Under the pieces are notes generated by a model. That model saw only the letters and a list, made by a program, of their open reading frames with translations, was not told the origin of the DNA and searched no databases. The position numbers and the translations under genes were made by a program. DNA of 63,944 nt, filler included, from Hyphochytrium catenoides (lineage: Eukaryota; Protista; Hyphochytriomycota): assembly GCA_900088475.1 (NCBI GenBank). It is 8 parts of 8 records of this genome, joined end to end, with 100 filler letters (N's around TTAATTAATTAA, not from the genome) between each part and the next. Parts side by side here need not be neighbours in the genome. Positions count along the whole stretch, not along the records: positions 1 to 26,126 come from FLMG01002437.1; positions 26,227 to 42,391 come from FLMG01002946.1; 6 more parts are not named here. One strand, written 5' to 3'. Numbering within the stretch: position 1 is the stretch's first letter; every line of letters starts with the position of its first letter. Positions 25,001 to 37,036 of this stretch are shown one piece after another.

Positions 25001-25550
25001 ACGAGCGAGAGAGAGACAACTAAGTGGGAGAAGAGAGAGAAAGGAGAGAGACCCCAAGTAGCACAAAGAGCTTGCCACTCTTCATTTTGGGATGATTACC
25101 GCCGCCGATCGTCTGCACTCCGCAGCTTCTAGTGCAGGCACGGGTGAGAGGTGAGAGGAGAGGGGAAGCGTGAAGGGAGAGATGGAGGAGAGGAGAAAGA
25201 GAGAGACAGGAGAGAAATGAGCGAGAGAGAAGAAAGAGAAACAAAGGGAGGGAGACAGAGAGAGAGACATGAGAGAGAGAGTGAGAGAGTAAGAGACAAA
25301 GAGAGAGAGTGAAGGAGAGAGACAGAGAGAGAAAGAGCGAGCGAGCGAGAGAGAGCGAGAGNNNNNNNNNNNNNNAGAGAGAGAGAGAAAGAGAGAGAGA
25401 GAATCAGAAGCGGGAAAAAAGAGAGAGCGTGTTTGGTTTTCACCCATTATAGCGGCCGCTAACGGTCAGTAGAGCTCGGGGGATGGGGGACGGACAGCTG
25501 GACGGACCTGGCTGTGTGTGCGTTTGTCTGTCAATAAAGTCGCTGGCCAT
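22076..25550 (-). CDS. Multi-exon protein with central coiled coil and C-terminal leucine-rich repeats; 5' micro-exons
   Basis: The last exon encodes LRRs (LEVVRLTDCKRLTTLDFL, IRVLILKGCSSISDLSVV, LSELDISGCTALTELELL, LRLLNLAGSGVRSV). Coiled coil in ORF 23176-23619. Upstream exons 25550-25508, 25458-25444, 25128-25100 and 24899-24876 splice in frame onto ORF 24390-24818. Internal junctions only partly resolved. Confidence 0.7.
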
Positions 25551-26095
25551 TCTTGCTTTTCTGGAGGTGACAGAAGCTCGAAGCTAAGCGAGACTTGGGA
25601 GCCTGAGAGACCTAGGACAAGCAAGAGAGAGGACACTAAATAAAGGAAGAAGAGCCAAAGCATGGAAGAAGTAGGAGAAGTAGCAGAAGGAAGGGGAAGA
25701 TGAAGAGGCACAAGAGAAAAGGACATCAAGAACAAGAAGCTGGTAGACTATTTGCTCAATCAGAGCAGCACGGCTGTGTGGCCACTTCATAGTAGGTGGA
25801 AGGACGGTGGATCGTCCCGATAGTGCTGGTCTTGCCGTGCTTGCCAGGTGCTGGTATGACCAAACAGAGATTATTGGAGTTCTCTTGAGCTCTGGAGAAC
25901 GCTGTATCTACATGAAGTTCTAAGAACGGACACTGGGACTAACCGCCTCAAAGCTGTGATAAGTGAATAGGCTAACAGTGGTTATGCGGCTACAATGCTT
26001 CCTCTGCATCTCCAGCTGATCAGGGCCCACCGGTCTCTTGAGAGAGACCGAAGGGTAACTCAGAGTTAGGCCGTTTAGCGATTGTCTAGCAGAAT

Positions 26096-26126
<31 letters not shown>

Positions 26127-26226
26127 NNNNNNNNNNNNNNNNNNNNNNNNNNNNNNNNNNNNNNNNNNNNTTAATTAATTAANNNNNNNNNNNNNNNNNN
26201 NNNNNNNNNNNNNNNNNNNNNNNNNN
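26127..26226. other. Artificial contig linker N44-TTAATTAATTAA-N44
   Basis: Exactly 100 nt; the core gives stops in all six frames; the same structure occurs 7 times in the window. Confidence 0.99.
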
Positions 26227-26611
26227 TCTCTCTCTCTCTTTCTGTGTGTAGATCCGTTACGTGTACAAGAATGCAATACCTCGAAGAGTGACTAGTAAGT
26301 TACAGGAAACATTACCGCGAAAGATAAAAATTCCAACCCTCAAGATTTATACAACTAGGAGTGGTTTGAATCTATGGAATCTTTCATTTTGAAACATAAG
26401 TTTGGTCAGGCCCACTACAGTAGTGGTGGTAGATGTAAGTTTCTCGATGACACACTAAACCCCCTCACCTGCAGTGAAGGTATCGCTGCAATTTATATAT
26501 CGCATCACCCTTCCCGAACCCGCCCCTGAATGAAGGGGTGTTACACCCTGATGATGGACTTGTCCCAGAGTGTAACTTACAGATCTTGCCCTCTTTAGAG
26601 ATAGTTGAATA

Positions 26612-26665
<54 letters not shown>

Positions 26666-27263
26666 AGAAATGGAGGAGAGGAAACAGTCCCCGCTTACGG
26701 GCTGATTTAGCTAACTGTTTCGCAGGAGAAAAAGCTCAACTGTGCCTGTTTCCTTGGCGCAGGAAAAGTGTACAGCTCTTCATGGATGCTGTCATCTCGT
26801 TTCGCATTCTTGGCACAGAAGAAGAGAGAGGAAAAGAGAGAGGAAATGAGAGAGAAGAGGAGAGAAAGAGAAAGAAAAGGAGGAGAGAGAGGAAGACAAA
26901 GAGAGAGGGAGAGAGCGGAACAGGCATCACAACGAACGACATTAACCATCTCTACCTTGGTCTCACAAAAAAACACATGTCGGATGCATCTTCATCACTC
27001 GTGGTGTCGTTCCGGGTGGCGAAGAGAGAGAGACATAGAAAAAGAGAGAAACAGGGACGCACAGAGAGAGGCAGCGAGAGAAAGAGAGACAAGGACTGTA
27101 CTAAGAAGACACGATTGGAAAGAAGGACGACAGACATACTGGTACCGTTGCAGGTAAACTTGACCCGTCCAAATCTTTCTTATTCTTCGAAACTCCTGAT
27201 CTTTTGTCCCCTACGAAGACTTCTTCCTCTCTTGACAGTAGTTTTCCCTTACCTCCCACCATC

Positions 27264-27298
<35 letters not shown>

Positions 27299-27619
27299 GG
27301 ACACACTCATTGTCTTGGACTACTGTCTCTCGCTTTCCCAACTCTTTGCCCTTCTGTTCCCTTCTTCCTACAAAGATACCGCTGTCCGTTGGGCCGCGAG
27401 ATCTGTTACCCATTCTGATGCCAGAGAGAGATTTCAGCGCGACGTTTCGAAGCGCCTTTGCGAAGAAGGGAGAGGGTTGCCGTTTAGAGATGCTTTAAAT
27501 TGAGAGAGTACGAGGGCCAGAGAGAGTATGAGAGCAATCCTCACTTTCAATCTTCCGCGCCAACTCTCAAGCTATCCGAAGCGGCAGAAGATCAGAGACA
27601 GAGAGCCTGCTTGACCACC

Positions 27620-30418
27620 ATGAGAGTCGTTCGACTCCTCTGTCGCTCTTTCCTCCTTTTCTCTGTCCTTCCATTTCGGGCGAGAGCTGAGCTTCATGGA
27701 CAACACTTACGATCACCAGCAAAGGAAGGGGAAGAAGTGAGAGACACGTCCGCGACGGCTTCTTTCTCTTCCTCTCCTCTCTCTGTCTTTACCAAGGAGA
27801 ATGGCGACACGGTGCAGCTTGGAGCTATCTTTCTCCCTGCCGACAATGAGACAGCAACCACGCTTCCTGTTGAGCTCGTGGTCAACGTCACTCTGAAAGT
27901 TAAGGCACCTGAGCAGCGGGAACAAGAGAGGGAGAGTGACAAAGAGGACTCTCTCTCTTCCTCTTCCCCAACTCCCAGGCCTTCCGCTTCACAATCCGCA
28001 CCTTCAGGTCATGATTCCGCGAGCAACGCACCTTCCAGAGACCACTCCGCACCTTCTGAGAAGAGCTCCACACCTGTGGAAGATGCGAACGCGCCATCAA
28101 ACGGCATTGCAGACAGGGATGATGATAGCTCCGCACCTTCTGACGCCATGTCCGCACCATCTGACCCACCAACCGGCCCAGCAGCGCACGATGGCTCAGC
28201 GGATTGGGAAGAGGACTCGAAGGCCGACGAGGAATCTGCAGCTTCTAATACATCTCCTTCTGAGACTATCGTTACTTCCTCTGAGGGCACTGAGGCGCCT
28301 GCAGAGAGTGTAAGAGCGGCACCGTCTGAGGCCACACCCGCACATTCCGACAAGGGCGCCTCACCTTCTCATGGCACGCCCGCGCCTTCTGAGACTGAGG
28401 TCGGTTCGGCACGTGATGGATCCGCGGACTGGGAGGACGAGAAAGACACTGACTCTTCTGCACAGTCTGAATCGGCATCCTCATCCTCCGCAGACACATC
28501 TGCACCTTCTGAACACACTTCCGCACCTTCTGAAGTTGCTCAGGAAGCCGCCCATGATGGATCTGCTGACTGGGAGGAGGTGACAGAGGAGGAGCCGAAA
28601 GCTTCGATTCCGTCAGAAGAGCAAAAGGAGACTTCTGATGGCTCTGCAGGCTGGGAGGAAGAGACAGAGCAGGAGACCGAGACACCGATATCCCCTTCCA
28701 CACCCTCCGCTGATACTATGGCGCATCCCACCGCTGCGAAAGGACAGAAGGAAGACGAAGAAGTGATTGAAGATTCAGCCACCGTCTCCGAATCCATCTT
28801 CGCACCTACTGAAGGTGCAGCCGCACCCTCTGAGGCTGCGACGGAACCTGTAGCTACTGAAGGTTCTGAAGGCCGAGACGTTGCTGAAAATTATGAGACT
28901 TCGACAACTTCTGAGGCTAACCCCGGCCCTTCAGAGGGTACCTCGGCACCGTCTCAAGCAGTCCGCCTGCCCGCTCAAGATGGCTCTGCAGATTGGGAGG
29001 AGGAGGAGGAGAAGGAGGAGAAGACTGAGCTTCCAGCCACCAGCACGACATCTTCCACAACCTTGGAACCAGCCACCCGCCCGCCAAGTGATGGCTCTGG
29101 GGACTGGGAGAATGTAGAAGACGAATCTTCCGCACCTTCTAAGCAGCCAGCGTCTACATCCCCTCCTTCTGAGGCCGACCAGGCACCTTCGCCTTCTGAA
29201 GCCACAGCTGCGCCAGTAGAGAGTACCGCTGCACCTTCTGAGACCACAAGCGCAACTTCTAAGCCACCTAGCTCACCTGCGTCTGACGGCTCTGCGGACT
29301 GGGAAGCCGAGGAGGAGGAGGAGACAGCGGCATCTTCTGAGGAGAGCACGGCTTCGCCTTCTTCTGAGGCTGCAGTTGAGATCACGGTCGCACCTTCAGA
29401 GGCCACCAGCGCGTCATCGGAGAGCACCACTGAACCTTCTGAGGCTACAAGCGCACCTTCTGAGTCTCCTAGCTCACCTGCGTCTGACGGCTCTGCGGAC
29501 TGGGAAGACGAGGAGGAGGAGGAGACAGCGGCATCTTTTGAGGAGAGCACGGCTTCGCCTTCGTCTGAGACTGCTATTGAGATCACGGCCGCCCCTTCAG
29601 AGGCCACCACTGCGTCATCGGAGAGCACCCCTGAACCTTCTGAGGCCACAAGCGCAACTTCTAAGCCTCCTAGCTCACCTGCGTCTGACGGCTCTGCGGA
29701 CTGGGAAGGCGAGGAGGAGGAGGAGACAGCAGCACCTCCTGAGTCAACTTCTGCACCTTCTGAGTTCACCCTCGCTACTGATGACTCCACAACTGCACTT
29801 GCTGAGTCCACCTCCGCACCTTCGGAAAGCCCCTCCGCACTTTCTGTGGCCCGGTCAGCACCTTCAGCGACCAGCGCCGCACCTGCAGAAGCCACCACCA
29901 CCGCACGAACTCACGCTGCGGATGGTTCTGCAGACTGGGAAGGCGTGGAGGTCGAGACTTTCGCACCTTCCAAAGCAACATCCGCACCTCCAGAGGACCT
30001 GCTCATGCCAACTGAAGCTACTTCCGCACCCATCGAGAAAGCCTCCGCACCAACTGACGCTCAACTCGACAAGAATGACGCTGCTTCCGCACCTTCTGGA
30101 GCGGCGACCGCACCCGCCGACTCTAGCTCTACACCTTCCGCAACCTCCTCTTTCTCTTTTACTCTGTCTGATGCCACCGTTGCACTTTCTAGAGCAACTT
30201 CCGCACTCTCTGAGGCCACACAGACGCTTCTAGAGGCCGCAGCTTCTCTCCTTCACGGGTCCACCGAGAAGAGAGAGAGAGACGCCAAGGAAAGAGCAGA
30301 AGAGACTGAAGAAAAGGCTTTCTTTCTCCGGCTCAAGCCTTCAGACAGAGAGGCGAAAGAGGATAAGAGAGGGGAGAAACGTCGCAGCATCGCAAAACAT
30401 TTCCTCCGGATGATCTAA
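27620..30418 (+). CDS. Secreted acidic S/T/A/P/E-rich (mucin- or proteoglycan-like) protein with 10 DGSADWE-type motifs, 932 aa, intronless
   Basis: Long ORF with ATG in ACCACCATG context at 27620; signal-peptide-like MRVVRLLCRSFLLFSVLPFRARA; many SAPSE repeats; DGS[AG][DG]WE x10. Confidence 0.85.
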   Translation: MRVVRLLCRSFLLFSVLPFRARAELHGQHLRSPAKEGEEVRDTSATASFSSSPLSVFTKENGDTVQLGAIFLPADNETATTLPVELVVNVTLKVKAPEQREQERESDKEDSLSSSSPTPRPSASQSAPSGHDSASNAPSRDHSAPSEKSSTPVEDANAPSNGIADRDDDSSAPSDAMSAPSDPPTGPAAHDGSADWEEDSKADEESAASNTSPSETIVTSSEGTEAPAESVRAAPSEATPAHSDKGASPSHGTPAPSETEVGSARDGSADWEDEKDTDSSAQSESASSSSADTSAPSEHTSAPSEVAQEAAHDGSADWEEVTEEEPKASIPSEEQKETSDGSAGWEEETEQETETPISPSTPSADTMAHPTAAKGQKEDEEVIEDSATVSESIFAPTEGAAAPSEAATEPVATEGSEGRDVAENYETSTTSEANPGPSEGTSAPSQAVRLPAQDGSADWEEEEEKEEKTELPATSTTSSTTLEPATRPPSDGSGDWENVEDESSAPSKQPASTSPPSEADQAPSPSEATAAPVESTAAPSETTSATSKPPSSPASDGSADWEAEEEEETAASSEESTASPSSEAAVEITVAPSEATSASSESTTEPSEATSAPSESPSSPASDGSADWEDEEEEETAASFEESTASPSSETAIEITAAPSEATTASSESTPEPSEATSATSKPPSSPASDGSADWEGEEEEETAAPPESTSAPSEFTLATDDSTTALAESTSAPSESPSALSVARSAPSATSAAPAEATTTARTHAADGSADWEGVEVETFAPSKATSAPPEDLLMPTEATSAPIEKASAPTDAQLDKNDAASAPSGAATAPADSSSTPSATSSFSFTLSDATVALSRATSALSEATQTLLEAAASLLHGSTEKRERDAKERAEETEEKAFFLRLKPSDREAKEDKRGEKRRSIAKHFLRMI
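29230..29735 (+). repeat. Coding tandem repeat with a 201-bp (67-aa) unit, ~2.5 copies, inside the DGSADWE protein
   Basis: GACGGCTCTGCGGACTGGGA recurs at 29285, 29486 and 29687 with near-identical intervening sequence. Confidence 0.92.
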
Positions 30419-30968
30419 AGCGACTTTGCAGAGGAAAAGTAACGACCCGCCGGGCAAGAGCCTCCCTCTATCTTTCTCTCTCCATCTGTGATTCCTCTTC
30501 CTTCTTTCTTTTTCACTCTATGTTGCCGCTATATCTGTCTCTCTCTCTTCCGTCTTTCCTCTTTCTCTGATCCCTTCTACCTTGTCGCTGGCCATCCCTT
30601 TCATATGGAGAGCCTGTTCTACGTGTCTCTCTCTTGACTAAATAATCTTATAATCAATGCTGACAACCCCCGTCCGATCTCTGGGTGGAGGTCTCTTTTT
30701 TGCTCTCTCTCTCTCTCTGCGCGCTTCTATGCCTCTCTCCTGGAGAATTATTTTCATCGCGTTTTCCTGGTCCCAAGCGCTATGTCTGGCTTTTCCTCCG
30801 TCTGTTGCCTCCTTTCTTACGAAGTGTCTTCTCTCTCTCTCTCTCTTTCCTCCTGATTTACAAAGTTTTCTGAGCCCCGAACCCTTTGCCTGTCTTATTG
30901 TTAGCTCTCCTATTCTTTATTGACAAGTTAGTAGACAAGTTAGTAGGGGAGAGAGAGAAGATAGCCAG

Positions 30969-31003
<35 letters not shown>

Positions 31004-33560
31004 CTCTCTCTCTGTTAAGGTTCCGATACGATCAGTGGTATAGGAAGACGTAAATAGTCCGTGTGGACGAATCTGGGCTTCCCTCTTCTCCCTCTTTTGC
31101 TCTCTCTCTGTTCCTTCCTTTCCTCTCGTCCAGTAAATATGTCAGGCGCTTCAAACAGGAGAGGGAAAAGGAGAGAATAGCGGCTGATAAGAAATCTCGC
31201 CATCCTCTCTCTCTCTCTCTCCGTCGTACTCTCTCTCTCATCGTTGACTTTCGCGTAGCTGTCCTGTTCTTTTGTCCTGCTTTCTCTTCTATACTTTTAG
31301 CCCTGGAAAAGCTAACGTTTGAAGTTTGGTCTCAGATGGGAGGAAGAGAGAGAGAGTGTGAGAGAGAGAGAGAGTGAGCGACAGTCGCCAGCATCCTTGA
31401 TTCTCTGGAGCACCCAGTGTTTTATAAAAGAGAACCGAGTATCCGCTTTCTAATAGACGACTCTCTCTCCTTTTTTAATCACTCTCTCTCCCTCTCTTTC
31501 CGGCAAGAAGGCGTCCCTGCCCAAAAAATAGAGGAAGGAGAAGAGAGTTTCCTTTCTTGCCGTTGAAGAGCAATAATCCGCTGATGGCGAGGTGGGGAAG
31601 ATGGCATTAAGGTGGAGAGAGTGAGAGACTCGTTGGCTGTCTTGACGTTTTCCGTCTCTCTCTCTCTCTTCGTAGTATGAGCCTTTGTATATTGGGGAGG
31701 GGAGAGAAGAGTGATCCGAGAGCGAGTGCAGATTATAATCTCTCTTGCCTTCCCTCTCTCCCTGTCTACAAGAGAAGAGGAGGAGAGAGAGAGACTATCT
31801 GTTGAAAGTCCTTGCTCTTCCTTGTTTCTTTCTCTTCTTTTGAGAGCTCGCCTGTCTTGTCGCCGGGAGGAAGAAGAGGGAGAAGAAGCTCTCTCCGTCA
31901 TAGTATTTTCAGACGGAAGACACATCTTCCTCTCTCTTTTAGCTCTTGTTCCCTTGTCTTTTGCTTTAGAAGATTAATTCCTTCTTTCGCTCTCGCGCTT
32001 TCTCTCTCATTGCTTGATTCTTTCTGGGTCCTTCTCTCCTCCCTTTTCTCTCTCTCTCTCACTCTCTGTGCCACTTTTGCAAAGTAATGAACTGCTTTCT
32101 CTGCTGCTGGCAGATTGAGAGGAAAAGGCAATATGAGGCGGTTGAAAGAAGAGGAGCGGAAACAGCTAGAGGGAGAAGAGGGAGAGAGAGGAACAGAGAG
32201 AGAGAGAGGCAGACACTGAGAGAGAGAGCGAACTATGCTCGTTGAGGGGCCTAACATGATAGCTTTCGAAGGGCCCAAGAGACACCCCCGGAAAGAAGAG
32301 AGAAAGAAGAGAGAAAGGAGAGGAAGAAAAGGGAGATGGTACAGTGGAAGATAGTGGAAAGGAGCATCTACAATTATTCTTCCCCTCCTCTCTCCTGCCT
32401 CTGACCAATCTCTCTTTTCTCTCTATTTCTCTCTCTGCCTCTCTGTCTTTCCCTTTCCTTTCAATTTTCTTTCAGATTGTCTCTCTCTCTTTCTGTTCCT
32501 TTGATCCTCTCTCTCTCTCTGTCGCGTACTTTGATGATTGCAAAAACTGTATGCCGACATTCTTTCCCTGCTGCTATCTTCAGGCTGTCTGTCTTCTGTC
32601 TCCTGTCTTTCTCTTTTTCTATCTTGTTCTGTCTTATCCTTTACTCTCTGCTCCACGCTCAAAGTGAGACCTGGAAAATGACGACAAACAACATCTGAAG
32701 ACAAGAGAAAGAGAGAGAAGGAGAGAGAGAGTTGGAAAGAGAGAGAGAGAAATTGCAGAGTGAGTAGACACATAACTATACAAAAAATAAAGTGAAAGGT
32801 GCGAGAAGAGTGGGAGACAGGGAGGGAAAAAGACACGTCACGAGAGCAGAAAGGAGCACAGTGAAGAAGAGAAAAGAGAGATATAGGGACACAGGCAAAG
32901 TGAAGAGAGAAAGGGAAAAAGAGAGAGAGAGAAAAAGAGAGAGAGAAAGAGGTCAACGAGTCTAGATAGAGCACGAAGAAGTCTCTGCAAGGCCCCAACA
33001 CGCTGGTTTGATGCTGATCGTAAAGGATCTTAGGAGCAACACGGAGTGGCAGCTCTGGCTGGCTGGATCAGCAGAACATTCTCCCCCTTTCCGTCACTCT
33101 CTCTCGTTGTCGTGCCTTTTGTTGTCTTTGGACTCTCTCTCTCTTTCTCTTTCCACTGCTCTCTCTCTCCTCTCTCTCCTTGCCGTTCTGGTTGAACCCC
33201 CACTGGACGCATTGCCATAAAAGAGGAAAATTTTGGCCTGGGGCTCGGCTCGTTCGCGTCAGCCTGTTACTTAGACTGACCAAAAATAACTACCTCTGGT
33301 ATACTCTCTCTTCTTTCTTTCTCTCTCTCTCTCTTTCTCCCTCTCCTTGGTTTCTCTTTCATTGTGTACGTTTCTCGCTCTCTCTCTCTCTTTCTCCCTG
33401 TCTTTTCGTCTCTCTTTTTATCTCCCTCCCACACTCGATATTGTTCTGGCACTTAGACCATTTGCTTGTTTGTACCGAGTATTTCTCTTGGGTTGCTAAA
33501 GCATCGACTTCATCTGATCGTGCTCTCTCTTCTCACTCTCTCTCCCTCTCTCTCTCTCTC

Positions 33561-33609
<49 letters not shown>

Positions 33610-33628
33610 TTCTCTCTTTCACTTAGAC

Positions 33629-33785
33629 GCTTTCTCTGATCCTGCTCTCTCTCTCTCTTTCTCTCTCGGTTTTCACTGAAGTTAGAGGCTTTCTCTGATC
33701 CTGCTCTCTCTCTCTCTTTCTCTCTCGGTTTTCACTGAAGTTAGAGGCTTTATCTGATCCTGCTCTCTCTCTCTCTCTCTCTCTC
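33629..33785. repeat. 59-bp tandem repeat, ~2.5 copies
   Basis: GCTTTCTCTGATCCTGC(TC)n...GGTTTTCACTGAAGTTAGAG units start at 33629, 33688 and 33747. Confidence 0.9.
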
Positions 33786-34191
33786 CGTCTTCACTTATTA
33801 GTTCTATTAGAGTCCGAAAAACTTCTCGATGCTCCCGCGCGACATTCTTTGCCTGGGAAGACAGACGTCACTCCCTGTCACGCACTCCTACCTCTTTCTC
33901 CTCTTTGTCCTTTAATGCCTCCTCCTCTATCTGTTTATTTCTCTATCTGTCTGTCTGATTGTCTGTCTGATTGTTTGTCTGTCTCTCTTTCTCTCTTGTC
34001 TCTCTCTCTCTCTTATCGTCTCTCTCTTGTCTCTCTCTCTCTTCGTCCTCACAATATTCTACGTACTGCTCCACGCTCCTTTCCACATCCTTCTCCCATA
34101 AGAGTGCAGATGTCACTGGCTGCCACTTGTCTCACGGATCTCTCTTTATTTTTCCTCTCGCCTTCTCTCTGACGTCACTTTCTCTCTGTTT

Positions 34192-34313
34192 GGGAGAGAG
34201 AGTTTTTCTGACGTCTCTTTCTCTCTCTTCTTTCTTTTTTTGTCCTTTCTCTCTATAGGGAGAGAGAGTTTTTCTGACGTCTCTTTCTCTCTCTTCTTTC
34301 TTTTTTTGTCCTT
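34192..34313. repeat. 66-bp tandem duplication
   Basis: GGGAGAGAGAGTTTTTCTGACGTCTCTTTC...TTGTCCTT at 34192 and 34258. Confidence 0.85.
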
Positions 34314-34626
34314 GGTCTCTAGTTCCATGTCTTCTCGCCTCTCTCTCCTTTTTCTCTCTTTCTGTCTCTCTCTCTTTATCTGAGAAAACTCTGTAGGACT
34401 CTAACCCTTTCTCGTCCTTGGTCTTCTCTCTCCTACTTCTATGTCTTCTCATATAAAATCCGCACCGTGCACCATGCTTCACGCCACATCCTTTGCCATC
34501 TTAAAGGCAGTATGTCATTCATTGTCAATCACCTTAGTCTTCGCCTTTCTCTTCTTTTTTGGCCTTCTTTTATCTTCCACAGGTAGTAGTTTGACGTGTC
34601 CATGTGTGTCTCTCTCTCCGTCTCTG

Positions 34627-34658
<32 letters not shown>

Positions 34659-36967
34659 GCTCTCTCTCGCTCTCTCTCTCTCTCGCTCTCTGTGCCGGTC
34701 TCTCTCTCTGTCTCCCTCTCTCTCTCTTTCATCTTATTTGTTTCTTTCTCTCCCTCTCTCTCTCTGTCTCTCTCTCTCTCTATCATCTTAATCTCTGTCT
34801 CTCCCTCTCTGCCTCTTTCGTCTTTTGGTTTCTCTCTCTCTCTCTCTCGCTCTCTCGTTCTCTTTCCCTTTCTCTCTCTCTCCTCCGTCTTTTTCTTTCT
34901 CTCTCTCATGCTCTGATGTAAACCATCCGTACAGTGCTGAACCTCTGGGAGACCGCTTTGGTATCAACCTGGAGGTATCATGGATAATCTGGTCCCATCG
35001 CTAATATAACAACAGCATGTGGAACACCGATGCTGAATATGGCCGACACTAGATGATGGCGCACTGTAATACTACTGGTACTCGAAGGCTAGCGATAACT
35101 ATAGAGAAATTTTTTTGCCCCTGTTGACTACCGTTTTATGGGCTTCGCTCTCCCTTTGGGCACACGTTGGCATCGCAGTAGCTCTACGCTTTGCTCCAGT
35201 CTTCTCATCAGAGGGAAGGTAGTTCTCGTTGTACGTGGACATCCGGAGGAAGTCAAGCTAGCAGGGTCGCGCTATCTTTTATCTTTTATAGGTGGAAGCC
35301 CTGCCTCGGATCAGCAGACTCCATGTCTTCTGGGTAGAACTCTTCCTTTGGGAAGAAATTCTCTTTGGCACTTGCAACTGCGGAACGTATCAGGAGGGAA
35401 ACCTGAAGGATAAAGTTACGCCCAAACAGGTAACACTACCACTAGCGGCGCACACAGTGGTGGTAGTAGCGAAAAGGCTCACTTACCGCCGCATCTCGGT
35501 CCAACCCCACAGGTTAGAGGGCTACGATGCTCGATGACGTTGGCCCCGCGTTCTATTGCCTATTAAAGGGCGTGCTCTGGCTGCGCAGCACCAAGTGCCG
35601 GAGGCCCCACCAGGTCTGCGTGTGTCGGTGGGCTCACCTCGGAGCAGCCCTCTTTCCGAGCAGTAGTCTTAATTTAAGGGCCCTCATCTCTCTCTTCGTA
35701 TTACTGAGTGCCAAACAGCACCCGTAGTCGGTATTCTACTCCGTACTTGGTTGAGGTCCGCACCATGGCCACTCTTTGACCGTTCTGTTTTTTAATATAA
35801 ATAGGTGACCGCAGCAACCATTCACAGCTATTACCCCACCAGGAGGACCGAAAACCCTTCCGCACTCTGCTCCATCCTTGCAGGGATCTCGTTCATAGTT
35901 TGCAGCACAGTTTGCTGATAGATCAAGGGCTCAGTACGCTCCATACCATGGTTCATTACGGCAATAACAATATACTCTCTTCTTGAACTATAGAAGAAGC
36001 AAAATAATGGTAGCAGAGACGGCGAGCGAGCCTGTAGCGTTAACCTCTGGATCGGTGGTACGCTAGATCTAAATCTGCTACTTGTAAGGGTGGCATCTTT
36101 GTTGACCCTTCTTCGTTCACTGCTGCAGAGTATCTTATCAGCCGGGGCATCCTCTAGCTCAAACACGTCATCATGAGCGCGAAGTAAGGCTAACCCTAAG
36201 CCCAAAGCAAGAAGCACTGGAATCAGTGGCCTCATCAATTATATATTATTAGTTGCCACGACCCGAGCCGCCCTACTTATGCGTGACTACACTGGCCTTG
36301 TTAGATGGTGCTATTAGGGCTAACTCTCCTAACCCTAAACCCCTAAGCCTCATCGCTCATCGATAGTCACTAATAAAGGTCATCTTCTTTATCGCTCACT
36401 GCCGCCTTTATCATGGGGTCAGCAGATAGCGCCGTACCGATGATGAGTCTGAAAGCTGGCGACTGGCGTTAGCGGTCATCGTGCTCAGTAGTGACTGGTG
36501 ATGATAGCAAGTTGACCAGGCAAGGAGGCTGAAGAAGATTGCCTCTTCTTACAGCTTGCTGATCCTATGTGATTCAATATATTTCCCTGTAGCTCAGAAG
36601 ACCTCAGACTCTGTATTGTAGAGTTTCTGAGCCTATTCTTCTCATATAGAGCTTGTGTTTCGTGACAGAGCTTGACAGCTCTGAGCTTATCTTCCTCTGC
36701 AACTCTATCTTTGCTTTCAGAGTCAAGGCAGGATAACGGGATGATATGAAGCACGGAGACTGCCTAGTACTTTACGACAGCATAACATCTGCTGCAGTGA
36801 CAAGCCCTAGATGCTTTAGACATGGATGACTAATAGGTTTCATATATTTCATTCATTGAATGATTCCACCCTGGCACGAGGGAGCTACCACGTTCTGATC
36901 GAATTATTCCATTTTTGAAATAAATACTGCCCGTTGTAACCGTCGAGCTGATGGCTTTCCTTTTCTC

Positions 36968-37036
<69 letters not shown>

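Larger units (their letters stand above)
30420..34915. repeat. Extended (TC)n/(GA)n microsatellite-rich non-coding region
   Basis: Dozens of perfect and imperfect CT/GA tracts; ORFs here are only SLSL or ERER runs. Confidence 0.9.

Noticed and set aside
25466-25735. Signal-peptide-like ORF ending in TGA, considered as a possible selenoprotein readthrough
   Set aside because: The TGA lies in a CTGAC branch-point-like sequence of a 49-nt intron of the LRR gene model; no redox motif or SECIS seen.
26540-26576. GTTACAC...GTGTAAC hairpin enclosing TGATGA, as a C/D snoRNA or SECIS
   Set aside because: Too short, no D box (CTGA) at the 3' side and no SECIS core geometry.
28975-29901. 308-aa antisense ORF over the DGSADWE gene (likewise 53536-54486 over the membrane-protein ORF and 37846-38547)
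   Set aside because: Shadow ORFs caused by codon bias and repeats in the sense gene.
30420-34921. Numerous SLSLSL / ERERER ORFs (also 25020-25447, 26605-27498, 36830-37241, 41603-42443, 56056-58841, 60263-60718)
   Set aside because: Translations of (TC)n/(GA)n microsatellites with no protein-like complexity.
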